This document shows positions 8,248-18,256 of a DNA stretch of 64,000 nt, one piece after another; position 1 is the first letter of the stretch, and the number at the start of each line of letters is the position of its first letter. Origin of the DNA: Nitrospinales bacterium (GTDB lineage: Bacteria > Nitrospinota > Nitrospinia > Nitrospinales > VA-1); assembly GCA_965223795.1 (NCBI GenBank), contig CBDCXL010000002.1:2016001-2080000 (forward strand), given 5' to 3'. The position numbers and the translations under genes are program-made. The notes beneath the pieces were generated by a model, which was not told the origin of the DNA, did not search any database, and saw only the letters and a list, made by a program, of their open reading frames with translations.

Positions 8248-10308
8248 ATGAGCGATGATTCCCAGCCTCTGAAGCCGGTGCTGTATCCCGGAGCGCCGAA
8301 ACCCGGAGAAGAAGTTCCGGAAGACATGACGCAGCGTGCGCTCATGCAGGCGATCGAGCTGGCGAAAGCCCACAACCAGCTGGAGATCGACCGCCAGGAG
8401 CTCAAACTCGCGGAAGAGAAGATCAAAAGCCTCGCCAAATTCCCCTCGGAAAACCCCAATCCGATTCTGAGAATCGGGGATATGGGCAAACTGCTTTACG
8501 CCAACCCGCCCGCCGTGAACCTTTTGCAAAAGATCGACGCGGTTCATGACGATGCCGTGACGTTCGAGTTCCGCGAACTGGCGTCGAAGAGTCTGTCGGA
8601 ACAAACCCGCCATGAACTGGAAGTCCGCGTCTCTGACCAGATTTTTTCGCTGGAATTCACGCCTATCGAAGGCGAAGGCTATGTGAACGTTTACGGACGG
8701 GACATCACGGAGCGCAAGCAGGCCGAGGTGGAATTGTTGCTGCAATATGAATTGGTGAAAATCTTCGCGGAATCGGAATGCTTTGACGATGCGATGCCGA
8801 AAATTCTGGAAACGATGGGCCGGTTTCTCGAATGGGATATGAGTTTTTTCTGGGAGGTCAAACCCGATGGCCAGGCTCTTCGCTGCCGTTGCGGTTGGAA
8901 TGCGGCGAGCCTTTCGGACAACGCCGCCTGGAAGGAGTTTGAACGGGTCACTCTGGAGATGGAATTTGAAAATGGCCAAGGGCTTCCGGGGCGGATCTGG
9001 TCGGAAAAGGAGCCTGTCTGGATTCCGGATATCTCCCGGGATGAAAATTTCCCCCGGGCTCCTTACGCTTCGCGTCTGGAAATCTGCTCCGGCTATGGAT
9101 TCCCCATCTATTCCAGGACCGGGTTTGTGGGAGTGATCGAATTTTTCACGCGCCGGATTTCCCAGAAAGAAAGTCCGCACTTTCAATTCCTGGCGCGTCT
9201 GCTCGGCAGTCAGATCGGACAGTTCGCCGAACGCCAGCTGGCTCAGCGGGCGGTTCTCAACGAACGCAGAAATCTCTATGCCATGCTGGAAAACCTGCCG
9301 GTGTGCCTGCACGCGCTGGATCAGGACAGGTCGATCCGTTTCGCCAACAGAAATTTCCGGGAACGGTTCGGCGACCCGGACAGCCCGGAATGCCGCGCGG
9401 TGTTTGAGAATCGGACCGCGTTTGACGGCGGTTCTTCGCTGCTCAATGCGTTTGCGGCGGCGAACCGGGAGTCGCTGGTGTGGAAGGGGCCCGACGGATC
9501 GGTTTTCCTTTCCCTGCAATCGGAGTTCTTAGATCTGGACGGATCACCGCTCAATCTGGAAACGTCCATCGACATGACCCGGCAGATCGAAGCGGAAGAA
9601 CAGCTCAGGGAATACGCGCAAAAACTGGAACGCAGCAACGACGACCTTGAGGATTTCGCGTCGATCGCGTCGCACGACCTCAAGGCGCCGCTGCGCAAGA
9701 TCCAGACACTGGCGGACATGCTCAAGGAAAAGACAGAAGGGCTCGATCCCTCCGCAGGCGAATGTGTCGACAGAATGCAGAACGCCGCCACCCACATGGA
9801 AGCGCTGATGCAGGATCTTCTGGAATACTCGTGCGTCACCCGGCAGAACGGGCCGGTGGGAAGCGTGGATCTTGCAACGGTCGTTGCGGACGTGACGGAG
9901 ACGCTGGAGGAGACGATCCGGAAATTCCATGCGCAGATTCATGTGGAGAGCCTGCCGGAGGTCAAGGCGGACCCTTCGCAGATGCGGCAGCTGCTGCAAA
10001 ATCTGATCGGCAATGCGCTCAAGTACCGTTCGCCCGAACGGGCTCCTGTCGTCCGTATTCACTCTGTTGATCGGGGTGAGGACGGATGGGAAATCCGTGT
10101 GCGCGACAACGGCATCGGGATGGAGCAGAAATACGCCGAGCGCGTCTTCAAACCGTTTGAACGGCTGCACGCCCGCAGCGCCTATGAGGGCAGCGGCATG
10201 GGCCTCGCCATCTGTAAAAAAATCGTGACCCGTCAGCAGGGCACGATCCGCATCGAGAGCGAACCGGACAAAGGCTGCACGGTCATCGTCACCCTGCCCA
10301 GGGCTTAG
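8248..10308 (+). CDS. PAS/GAF sensor histidine kinase (orphan)
   Basis: PAS (ENPNPIL...DITERK), GAF, H-box ASHDLKAPL, N-box NLIGNALKY, G1 DNGIG, G2 GSGMGL. Confidence 0.93.
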   Translation: MSDDSQPLKPVLYPGAPKPGEEVPEDMTQRALMQAIELAKAHNQLEIDRQELKLAEEKIKSLAKFPSENPNPILRIGDMGKLLYANPPAVNLLQKIDAVHDDAVTFEFRELASKSLSEQTRHELEVRVSDQIFSLEFTPIEGEGYVNVYGRDITERKQAEVELLLQYELVKIFAESECFDDAMPKILETMGRFLEWDMSFFWEVKPDGQALRCRCGWNAASLSDNAAWKEFERVTLEMEFENGQGLPGRIWSEKEPVWIPDISRDENFPRAPYASRLEICSGYGFPIYSRTGFVGVIEFFTRRISQKESPHFQFLARLLGSQIGQFAERQLAQRAVLNERRNLYAMLENLPVCLHALDQDRSIRFANRNFRERFGDPDSPECRAVFENRTAFDGGSSLLNAFAAANRESLVWKGPDGSVFLSLQSEFLDLDGSPLNLETSIDMTRQIEAEEQLREYAQKLERSNDDLEDFASIASHDLKAPLRKIQTLADMLKEKTEGLDPSAGECVDRMQNAATHMEALMQDLLEYSCVTRQNGPVGSVDLATVVADVTETLEETIRKFHAQIHVESLPEVKADPSQMRQLLQNLIGNALKYRSPERAPVVRIHSVDRGEDGWEIRVRDNGIGMEQKYAERVFKPFERLHARSAYEGSGMGLAICKKIVTRQQGTIRIESEPDKGCTVIVTLPRA

Positions 10309-10392
10309 TGCGGGCGCGCGGTTTCGGCCGGACTGACCGCATCCCCCCGGCACTTCACTCAAGACTCAAGCATCGCAAATAAAAAATTTAAA

Positions 10393-11193
10393 TCAGGAAA
10401 CGGTATTGAGCAGGTCGCCCCGTTCTGGTTTCGCATCGGGCTCAAACTGTTCGATCAGCTTGCGGGTGCGGGTGTTTTCATCGGCGTGGGATTCGGCATT
10501 GCGGGGAAGGCCGGAACCGTCCGGCTGAAAGGCGGGTGAGGTGGGATGGACGCCGTCCGCGCCGTCATCGATGCCGGAGGCATTCGGTCCCGATTCTTCG
10601 GCACGCAGTTCGGCAAGCTCGCGCCGTGCTTCGGCTTCCATCTGCGCGGCCTGGGCGGCGACCTGCCTGTCCTGGGCGGAGGGATTTTTCGGGGCGTTGG
10701 CGGCCCGCTTGATGGTCTGGGCTTTGACGAGCGTGGCCCGCGGGTTGCCGGGAACTTCGGACGTGTCGATCCGGACTTCGCCTCCAACCGCATAACGCCT
10801 GCCGTCCGGTCCGGTCTGGTATTCGTAGGTGGGCGGGCCCTGGGCGTAGGGACCGGCGGCGGCTTTGTGGGCCTGTTCGTGGGACCGCACTTCCCGGTCG
10901 CGCGAGCGCAGCTGATCGAGAACCTGCTTTTCCTCGGGCGTCAGCTCGGTTTCGCTGCGGGGGTGCACCCGGTTCGCTGCGGTTTCGGAGGCCCCCGCAT
11001 CCGGCGATCGCTCTGCCGCGGAAGCGGGTTCCGTTTCCGGCTCCAGCGGGTTGCGGTTTTGCGAAAGGCGGACCTTGTCCTCTGTCAGGCTTGCGGCGCT
11101 GCCGGAGCCGTTTTTTTCCTCTTCGCATTCGGCGCAGGGTTTCTCCCGGCCGCTGAGGATGAGAGGGGGACCCTGGATGATTTCTGTCTTCAT
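10393..11193 (-). CDS. SprA-related (putative metalloprotease) family protein
   Basis: DREVRSHEQAH...YQTGPDGRRYAVGGEVRIDTS...PSAQDRQVAA. Confidence 0.85.
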   Translation of the reverse strand: MKTEIIQGPPLILSGREKPCAECEEEKNGSGSAASLTEDKVRLSQNRNPLEPETEPASAAERSPDAGASETAANRVHPRSETELTPEEKQVLDQLRSRDREVRSHEQAHKAAAGPYAQGPPTYEYQTGPDGRRYAVGGEVRIDTSEVPGNPRATLVKAQTIKRAANAPKNPSAQDRQVAAQAAQMEAEARRELAELRAEESGPNASGIDDGADGVHPTSPAFQPDGSGLPRNAESHADENTRTRKLIEQFEPDAKPERGDLLNTVS

Positions 11194-11346
11194 ATCGTGG
11201 ATTCTGCCCGTTTTGACACAATGAGCTTAAGCCTACACTTCCTGATCTTCTTTGCGGTGGATGCACCGCACACTTGAGGCGAAAGCCCTCAAAAAACGGC
11301 CATTGGCGATTTCGGCGGGCGGTTTCGGGACAGAAATTTTTCCGAC

Positions 11347-11389
11347 CCTCATACGAATCTAACCCAACCCTTGTATTCAGGCTTATAAT
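11347..11389 (+). promoter_or_regulatory. Pho-box-like 11-bp-phased repeats and -10 upstream of phoB
   Basis: cctcat (11347), tctaac (11358), ccttgt (11369), then TATAAT (11384); no canonical -35. Confidence 0.55.
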
Positions 11390-11423
11390 GAAAATCAAAT
11401 GATCGAAGGGAGGTTAGCGAGCT

Positions 11424-12110
11424 ATGGCCGGCGAAAATATCCTTGTCGTCGAAGATGAAAAGGACATTCAGGAACTGGTGCAGTACAACCTCACCAAGGA
11501 AAACTACAAGGTGCGTTGCGTTCCCTGCGGGGAGGACGCGCTCAAAGCCGCGAAGGAACAGGCTCCGGACCTGATGGTGCTGGACCTCATGCTGCCCGGC
11601 GTGGACGGGCTGGAGGTCTGCCGCCGGCTCAAGCAGGATCCGGCTACCGAGTGGATCCCGATCGTCATGCTGACCGCCAAGGGAGAGGAATCGGACATCG
11701 TGGCGGGGCTGGAACTGGGAGCCGACGATTACGTGACCAAGCCGTTCAGCCTGCGCGTGTTCATCACCCGCGTGCGCGCGGTGATGCGCAGGAAAAGCAA
11801 CTCAGAACGGGATCCGCAGGAAGTGCTGACGTTCCCGGATCTCGAAATCCATCCGGGCCGCCACGAAGTGCGTGTCCAGGGCAAAACGATCGATCTCACT
11901 TACACCGAATTCGGCATTCTGCAGTTTCTGGCGGGCCGGCCGGGATGGGTGTTCACCCGCTACCAGATCGTCGAGGCGGTGCGCGGCGAAGATTACGCGG
12001 TCACCGACCGTTCGGTGGACTTTCAGATCGTCGGTTTGCGCAAAAAGCTGGGACCGGCGGCGGGACGCATCGAAACGGTGCGGGGAGTGGGTTACCGGTT
12101 CAAGGAGTGA
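11424..12110 (+). CDS. phoB: OmpR/PhoB-family response regulator
   Basis: Receiver domain (DLMLP, LTAKGEESD) and winged helix (TVRGVGY); upstream of the pst cluster. Confidence 0.85.
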   Translation: MAGENILVVEDEKDIQELVQYNLTKENYKVRCVPCGEDALKAAKEQAPDLMVLDLMLPGVDGLEVCRRLKQDPATEWIPIVMLTAKGEESDIVAGLELGADDYVTKPFSLRVFITRVRAVMRRKSNSERDPQEVLTFPDLEIHPGRHEVRVQGKTIDLTYTEFGILQFLAGRPGWVFTRYQIVEAVRGEDYAVTDRSVDFQIVGLRKKLGPAAGRIETVRGVGYRFKE

Positions 12111-12112
12111 GC

Positions 12113-13888
12113 ATGCCGGGCAAAAGGCTGCTGTGGCAGCTGTATCCCACTTACCTTCTCATCACACTGGCCTCCCTCATCGCGGTCGGCTGGTATTCCA
12201 TCAAATCCCTTGAAGAGTTCTACTACGACCGCATGCGCGAGGACCTCAAGGCCCGCGCCCGCCTGGTGGTGAACCAGGTCCAGGCCGATTTCATCGCGGG
12301 AAACTTCACGGGGCACAATGAACTGACGCGCAAACTGGGGTCGAAAGGCGCGATGCGGGTCACGCTCATGCTGCCCTCAGGAATCGTGCCGGGCGAGTCC
12401 CACGAAGATCCGGCCCGCATGGACAACCACGCTTCCCGCCCCGAGATGAAAGAAGCGCTTTCCGGCAGGACCGGCACCTCCATCCGCTTCAGCAACACCC
12501 TCAAACAGAAAATGCTGTACCTCGCGGTTCCGGTTCTCGACCGGACCCGCGTGGTGGGCGTGGTGCGCACCTCGATCGCGACGGAATTCATCGAGCGGGA
12601 ACTGGAGTTCGTGAAAATGCGGATTGCCCTGGGAGGCCTGCTGGTGGCCCTTTTGGCGGCGGGACTGAGTTATGTCGTGTCGCGCAGGCTCAGCCGTCCA
12701 CTGGAAGCCATGACGCAGGTGGCGAACCGGTTCGCGAAAGGCGATTTCGACCACCGTGTTCAAACCACTCAAACCCGGGAGATCGACGATCTGGGTGCAG
12801 CCCTGAACCAGATGGCGCGGCAGCTGGACGAACGCATCCGCACCGTCACCGCCGAACGCAACGAACGCGAAGCCATGCTGTTCAGCATGATGGAAGGCGT
12901 GCTCGCGGTGGACGCGGATGAGCGCTTCATCAGCATGAACCTGGCGGCGGCGAAACTGATCGGTGCCGATCTGAATGAATTCCACAGCCGTCCCCTGCAC
13001 GAAGTGGTGCGCAACACCGATCTCAAGCAGTTCGTCCGCAAGGCGCTGACCAGCCGGGAGGTGGTGGAGTCGGACATCGTTCTGGGAAGCGCCGAGGAAT
13101 GCTGCGTGCAGGCGCGGGGCACGGTTTTGAGGGATGAAAAGGACCGTGCCATCGGCGCGGTGATCGTGCTGAACGACGTCACGCGGCTGCGCCGGCTGGA
13201 AAACGTGCGCAAGGATTTCGTCGCCAATGTGTCGCACGAGTTGAAAACGCCCATCACCTCGATTCAGGGATTCGTCGAAACGCTGCAGGAGGGCGCGATC
13301 CACGACAGCAAAAATGCGGCTTCATTTCTGGAAATCATCTCGCGGCAGGTGGAACGGCTGAACGCCATCATCGAGGACCTGTTGAGCCTGTCGCGGCTCG
13401 AGCAGGACCCGGAGCGTTCGGAGATTCTGTTCGAACAAGTGCAATTCAAGCCCTTGATCCAGTCCGCGGTTCAGGCCTGCCAGAGCAAGGCGGCGAAGCG
13501 CAAGACGCATATCCAGGTGGAGTGCGACGAATCGCTGAGCGCGTCGAGAATCAACCGGCCGCTTCTGGAGCAGGCGATCGTCAATCTCGTGGACAACGCG
13601 ATCAAGTACAGCCAGCCGGAATCGCGGGTCGATGTCACGGCGCAGCAGGAGAATGCGGAGATCGTGATCCGCGTCCGCGACGAGGGCCGGGGCATCGGCA
13701 TCGAACACCTGCCGCGCATCTTCGAGCGCTTCTACCGCGTGGACAAAGCCCGCAGCCGCGAGCTGGGCGGCACCGGGCTGGGGCTCGCCATCGTCAAGCA
13801 CATCGCGCAGGCACACGGCGGTTCGGTGAAAGTGGACAGCGCCCTGGGCAAGGGCAGCACCTTTTCCATCCACCTGCCTCAAAACTGA
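12113..13888 (+). CDS. phoR: PhoR-type sensor kinase (TM-HAMP-PAS-HisKA-HATPase)
   Basis: DFVANVSHELKTP, RIFERFYRVDKARSR, GTGLGLAIVKH. Confidence 0.88.
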   Translation: MPGKRLLWQLYPTYLLITLASLIAVGWYSIKSLEEFYYDRMREDLKARARLVVNQVQADFIAGNFTGHNELTRKLGSKGAMRVTLMLPSGIVPGESHEDPARMDNHASRPEMKEALSGRTGTSIRFSNTLKQKMLYLAVPVLDRTRVVGVVRTSIATEFIERELEFVKMRIALGGLLVALLAAGLSYVVSRRLSRPLEAMTQVANRFAKGDFDHRVQTTQTREIDDLGAALNQMARQLDERIRTVTAERNEREAMLFSMMEGVLAVDADERFISMNLAAAKLIGADLNEFHSRPLHEVVRNTDLKQFVRKALTSREVVESDIVLGSAEECCVQARGTVLRDEKDRAIGAVIVLNDVTRLRRLENVRKDFVANVSHELKTPITSIQGFVETLQEGAIHDSKNAASFLEIISRQVERLNAIIEDLLSLSRLEQDPERSEILFEQVQFKPLIQSAVQACQSKAAKRKTHIQVECDESLSASRINRPLLEQAIVNLVDNAIKYSQPESRVDVTAQQENAEIVIRVRDEGRGIGIEHLPRIFERFYRVDKARSRELGGTGLGLAIVKHIAQAHGGSVKVDSALGKGSTFSIHLPQN

Positions 13889-13966
13889 AACGCGGCGCCC
13901 GCCTTTCCGGGGCATTCCTATCAACGTTCCCACATAGAGGTTTTCGGGTGAAAGCCCGGTATTCGC

Positions 13967-14027
13967 TTGACAATGCGCTATATTTATTGATATATAACCA
14001 TTTCGCTGTATACTTGGAAATATAATG
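13967..14027 (+). promoter_or_regulatory. modA promoter with two tandem ModE-type operators
   Basis: TTGACA at 13967; cgcTATAT-N7-TATATaac (13976-13998) and cgcTGTAT-N7-AATATaat (14004-14026). Confidence 0.75.
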
Positions 14028-14094
14028 CCTATGGCGCCGAAGACGGCACTTTATGAAGTTTCGGCGCGGGCAGTCCAGACAGAGGAGCGAATCG

Positions 14095-14880
14095 ATGACC
14101 CCGCGATTCCGGCGGATCGGACCGGTTGTGTGCGCATGGCTGATGTTGTTTTTTGCAGGTCTTGTTTCGCCCGCTGCCAGCGCAGCGGGAGAGGTGAACG
14201 CCGCCGTGGCGGCGAATTTTCTGCTGCCGCTGCGCTCGATCGCACAGGAATTCGAAAAGCAAACCGGCCACCGGGCGCGGATCATCTCCGGCTCGACGGG
14301 GAAACTGTACGCGCAGATCCGGCAGGGCGCGCCGTTCGATGTGTTTCTGGCGGCCGACGAAAAGCGGCCGCGGCTGCTGGTGGAGGAAGGCCATGCGGTG
14401 CCGGAGTCGCGCTTCACCTATGCGGTGGGGCGGCTGGCGTTGTGGAGTGCGGTTCCCACGCTCGTTTCGGATGATGCTGCGCGCGTGCTCAAGAGCGGAA
14501 AATTCCGCCACCTCGCCATCGCCAATCCCAAGACCGCGCCGTACGGCCGGGCCGCCCAGGAAGTGCTCCAAAAACTTGGATTGTGGGAGCCGCTGCGGCC
14601 GCGTCTGGCGCGCGGGGAAAACATCGGCCAGACGTTTCAGTTTGTGGTTTCCAAAAATGCCGAGCTGGGGTTTGTGGCGTTGTCGCAGATCCAAACGGCC
14701 AGATTCAAAGGCAAGGGCAGCCGCTGGGCCGTGCCGCCGGACTGGCACGCGCCGCTCAGGCAGGATGCGGTGCTGCTGACGCGGGCGCGGAGCAATCCCG
14801 CCGCCCAGGCCCTGTTCGAATTTTTACAAGAGGCCGAAGTCCGAAAGCGCATCACGGATTTCGGCTACGGGTTTGAATGA
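14095..14880 (+). CDS. modA: Molybdate ABC transporter periplasmic binding protein
   Basis: AVAANF, SGSTGKLYAQI, IANPKTAPYG; GAGGAG ribosome-binding site before ATG 14095. Confidence 0.95.
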   Translation: MTPRFRRIGPVVCAWLMLFFAGLVSPAASAAGEVNAAVAANFLLPLRSIAQEFEKQTGHRARIISGSTGKLYAQIRQGAPFDVFLAADEKRPRLLVEEGHAVPESRFTYAVGRLALWSAVPTLVSDDAARVLKSGKFRHLAIANPKTAPYGRAAQEVLQKLGLWEPLRPRLARGENIGQTFQFVVSKNAELGFVALSQIQTARFKGKGSRWAVPPDWHAPLRQDAVLLTRARSNPAAQALFEFLQEAEVRKRITDFGYGFE

Positions 14881-14907
14881 AATTATCCATTTAGATGAGG
14901 TGACACG

Positions 14908-15603
14908 GTGGAACCGACCTCGCTTGCGTGGGACGGGCTGGACCCGGCTCCCATCTGGCTGACGCTGAAACTCGCCGGCACCACGGTGCTGCTGCTGCTC
15001 ATCATCGGCACGCCTTTGGCCTGGTGGCTGGCGCACACCCGTTCCCGCTGGCGCACGGCCATCGAGGCGGTGGTTGCGCTGCCGCTGGTCCTGCCGCCGA
15101 CGGTGCTCGGATTCTACCTGCTCATCGCGCTGGGGCCGGACGGCTTCATCGGCGAAGCCGCGCAGGCGGTCACCGGGGCGCCGCTTTCGTTCACCTTCAC
15201 CGGGCTGGTCCTCGCCTCCACGCTGTATTCGCTGCCGTTCGTGGTGCAGCCCCTGCACGCGGCGTTCGAAGCGGTGGGGGAACGCCCGCTGGAGACCGCC
15301 TGGACGCTGGGCGCGTCGCGGTGGGACGCCTTTTTCACGGTGGCCTCGCCGCTGGCGCTGCGCGGCTACATCACCGCGGCGGTGCTGGGGTTCGCGCACA
15401 CACTCGGCGAGTTCGGCGTCGTGCTGATGGTGGGGGGCAACATTCCCGGCAGAACGCGCGTGATCTCCATCGACATTTACGACCGCGTGGAAGTGCTGGA
15501 GTACGCGCAGGCGCATCTGCTGTCCGCGGGACTGCTGGTGTTTTCCTTCACGGTGCTGTGGGTCGTGTACGCGATCAACCGCAGGCTTCCCATTCACGTC
15601 TGA
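14908..15603 (+). CDS. modB: Molybdate ABC transporter permease
   Basis: LPLVLPPTVLGFYLL, FAHTLGEFGVVLMVGGNIPG. Confidence 0.95.
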   Translation: MEPTSLAWDGLDPAPIWLTLKLAGTTVLLLLIIGTPLAWWLAHTRSRWRTAIEAVVALPLVLPPTVLGFYLLIALGPDGFIGEAAQAVTGAPLSFTFTGLVLASTLYSLPFVVQPLHAAFEAVGERPLETAWTLGASRWDAFFTVASPLALRGYITAAVLGFAHTLGEFGVVLMVGGNIPGRTRVISIDIYDRVEVLEYAQAHLLSAGLLVFSFTVLWVVYAINRRLPIHV

Positions 15604-16712
15604 TGAACTCGCTGCGCGCCGCCTTCAGGGTGGATTTTAAAAACTTCGATCTCGATGTGGACCTGGCGCTGCCGGAAAGCGGCGTCACGGTGCTGTTCGG
15701 TCCATCGGGTTCGGGCAAGACCACGCTGCTGCGCTGTGTGGCGGGGCTCGCGCGTTCGCCGTCGGGGTTTCTGAAGATGGGCGAGACGGTCTGGCAGGAT
15801 GAATCGAAGGGTGTGTTCGTGCCGCCGCAGTCGCGTCCCCTGGCGATGGTGTTTCAGGAACACCGGCTGTTTTCGCATCTGAGCGTGCGCTCCAACCTGC
15901 TTTACGGGTGGCGGCGCACCGCGCCGGAGCTGCGGCGTGTGGATCTTGAGCGGGTGGTGGATCTGCTGGAGCTGGGGCCGCTGCTGGAACGGCGGCCGCG
16001 GTCCCTGTCCGGCGGCGAGGGACAGCGGGTCGCCATCGGACGCGCCCTGTTGCGCAGCCCCCGGTTCTTGCTCATGGACGAACCGCTGGCCTCCCTCGAT
16101 GCGGTGCGCAAGCGTGAGATCCTGCCCTACATCCGCCGCCTGCAGCGCGAACTTAAAATTCCAATTCTGTACGTGAGCCATTCGATCGCGGAAGTGCTGC
16201 AACTGGTGGACACGATGGTGCTGCTCAAGGCCGGGCGGGTGGCCGCTTTGGGGCCGGTGGAGGAGGTGTTTGCACGCATCGGCCTGCGCAACGATCTGGA
16301 TTCCGCGCTGGTGGGGGCGGTGATCGACACGCAGATTCAGGCGCACGAGCCGGAATACGGTCTCACGCGCCTGCGGTTCCAGGAGCAGACGCTGTATGCG
16401 CCGCGCCAGCCCGGCGAGGCGGGGGACACGATCCGGCTGCACATCCACGCGAACGATGTGAGCCTTGCGTTGTCGCCTCCCGACGCTGCGAGCAGCGTGC
16501 TCAATGTGCTCAAAGCCAAGGTGCTGGAAGTGGGCCCGGCGGTCCCGGAAAGGCCCTCGGTGGACATCCGGCTGGATGTGGGCCAGCCGATTTTAGCGAG
16601 CATCACGCGCAAATCGCTGGACCGGCTGCATCTCACTCCGGGGCAGACCGTGTACGCACAGATCAAAGCGCTCAGAACGGTTCACGAAATGGACGATACA
16701 GTTGGAGAATGA
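15603..16712 (+). CDS. modC: Molybdate ABC transporter ATPase with TOBE domain
   Basis: GPSGSGKTT, LSGGE, LLMDEPLASLD, C-terminal TOBE-like ITRKS...VYAQIK. Confidence 0.95.
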   Translation: MNSLRAAFRVDFKNFDLDVDLALPESGVTVLFGPSGSGKTTLLRCVAGLARSPSGFLKMGETVWQDESKGVFVPPQSRPLAMVFQEHRLFSHLSVRSNLLYGWRRTAPELRRVDLERVVDLLELGPLLERRPRSLSGGEGQRVAIGRALLRSPRFLLMDEPLASLDAVRKREILPYIRRLQRELKIPILYVSHSIAEVLQLVDTMVLLKAGRVAALGPVEEVFARIGLRNDLDSALVGAVIDTQIQAHEPEYGLTRLRFQEQTLYAPRQPGEAGDTIRLHIHANDVSLALSPPDAASSVLNVLKAKVLEVGPAVPERPSVDIRLDVGQPILASITRKSLDRLHLTPGQTVYAQIKALRTVHEMDDTVGE

Positions 16713-18025
16713 AAACAAGGGTCGAGGGACTGATTGAGGTGGGGAAACAACACGATCGCAAAGAAACGGCAGTGGGCCGCCCGAAAGTGATGACCTTCTT
16801 TTTATTGTTTGCATTCGTGGCATTTCCGGTCTGTGCCGCCGCTGCGGACGCGGACACGCTGGAACGTCTTGAGACTCTGGAAAAAAAGCTGAAGGAACGG
16901 GACAACGACATGCGGGTCTATTTCAATAATGGACTCAAGATCGTTTCTCCCGATAAAAAATTTCAATACCAGATCGGCGGGCGGATTCAGACAGACGCGG
17001 TGTTTTACGCCTCGGGAGATGCAAGCACGCCTGAAAACGGCGCGGAGTTCCGGCGGGCGCGCCTGTTCGTGGCCGGCATTCTGTACCGGCGGATCCTTTT
17101 CAAGGCGCAGTTCGATTTTGCCGGACAAACCAGTTTCAAGGACGTTTATATCGGTGTCCGCGGTCTGCCGGTCGCCGGCAATGTCATCGCGGGTCATTTC
17201 AGAGAACCGTTCTCCCTTGAAGAACAGATCAGCAGCAAGCACGATACGTTCATCGAGGATTCTCTGATGAATGCTTTTTCGCCTGCGCGCAATCTGGGTC
17301 TGGCGTTTTACGATTCCGCGTTGAATGGACGGGCGACCTGGGCGGTCGGTGTGTTCCGCCAGACCGGGGAAAATCCGCCGCAAATCCAGAGCGACGACGG
17401 CATCAACCTCTCCCTGCGCGTCACAGGCGTTCCCTGGATAGGGGAGGATGGGCGGTCTCTGCTTCATTTGGGCGTTTCCTACGGATACAGCACGCCGTCG
17501 GAATCCGCGTTCCAGTTCGATTCCAGACCGGAGTCCAATCTGGCCGATAATTTTCTTGATACCGGAAGCGTTTCAGCCGAAAATGCAAACCGCTTCGGCA
17601 TCGAGGCGGCGTCGGTCTGGGGCTCTTTGCATGTGGCCGGAGAATACACGTTTTTGACGGTCCAGCGGCCTGCCGGACTGCCGGATGCCGATCTGCACGG
17701 TGGGTACGTGTCGGCCGGATACTTTCTCACCGGAGAGCTCCGCAGCTATCGAGGCGGGGTCTTCCGCCGGGTGGTTCCGAACCGGAACCTGTTTGAGGGC
17801 GGTGTTGGTGCCTGGGAACTGGCTTTGCGCTATTCCACCCTGGATCTCGACGACGGAGCGGTCGCGGGCGGCGAGGAAGACAACTTCACCGCCGCGGTCA
17901 ACTGGTATCTCAATCCCCACACGCGTGCGATGTTCAATTATGTTCTCGCGGACATCGAGGGGGCCGGCGGCGTCGATTTGAACCCCCTGCATGTGTTTCA
18001 ATTCCGCTTTCAGATTGATTTTTAA
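16709..18025 (+). CDS. OprO/OprP-family oxyanion-selective porin
   Basis: GGRIQTD, EFRRARL, GHFREPFSLE, GAWELALRYS, NWYLNP, terminal RFQIDF; start may lie slightly downstream. Confidence 0.85.
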   Translation: MKTRVEGLIEVGKQHDRKETAVGRPKVMTFFLLFAFVAFPVCAAAADADTLERLETLEKKLKERDNDMRVYFNNGLKIVSPDKKFQYQIGGRIQTDAVFYASGDASTPENGAEFRRARLFVAGILYRRILFKAQFDFAGQTSFKDVYIGVRGLPVAGNVIAGHFREPFSLEEQISSKHDTFIEDSLMNAFSPARNLGLAFYDSALNGRATWAVGVFRQTGENPPQIQSDDGINLSLRVTGVPWIGEDGRSLLHLGVSYGYSTPSESAFQFDSRPESNLADNFLDTGSVSAENANRFGIEAASVWGSLHVAGEYTFLTVQRPAGLPDADLHGGYVSAGYFLTGELRSYRGGVFRRVVPNRNLFEGGVGAWELALRYSTLDLDDGAVAGGEEDNFTAAVNWYLNPHTRAMFNYVLADIEGAGGVDLNPLHVFQFRFQIDF

Positions 18026-18117
18026 CCGCGACTTTGCCCGGTGGGACGAAACCGCAGGTTCGTTTTGCGCAGGTGCTTTATTTTTCAATGTTTTTCCTCA
18101 TGACCCCGGCATCCCTT

Positions 18118-18172
18118 AATAACCTTCTCCTATTTGCGCCCTAATGCTTTCCTAACAATTCAGGCCTATTGT
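18118..18172 (+). promoter_or_regulatory. Pho-box-like 11-bp-phased repeats upstream of the second porin
   Basis: aataac (18118), cctatt (18129), cctaat (18140), cctaac (18151), then TATTGT (18167). Confidence 0.6.
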
Positions 18173-18256
18173 GGGCCGCAAAAAAGAAATCGCGATTGTG
18201 GATTAAGTGCCCCAGGATCAACGGGGAACCCGAACCAAACCGAGAGGAGAAAAGGA

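Noticed and set aside
5356..10400. Intact integrative element or prophage at tRNA-Asp
   Set aside because: No integrase, phage genes or att duplication seen
11516..12112. Apparent 790-aa PhoR, 594-aa ModC and 650-aa PstA N-terminal extensions
   Set aside because: They overlap the upstream genes in another frame; the true starts are at 12113, 15603 and 22906
13925..14094. Moco riboswitch upstream of modA
   Set aside because: Only isolated hairpins (cgggtgaaagcccg and gcgccgaa/ttcggcgc) without the Moco motif layout; ModE-type boxes explain the region better
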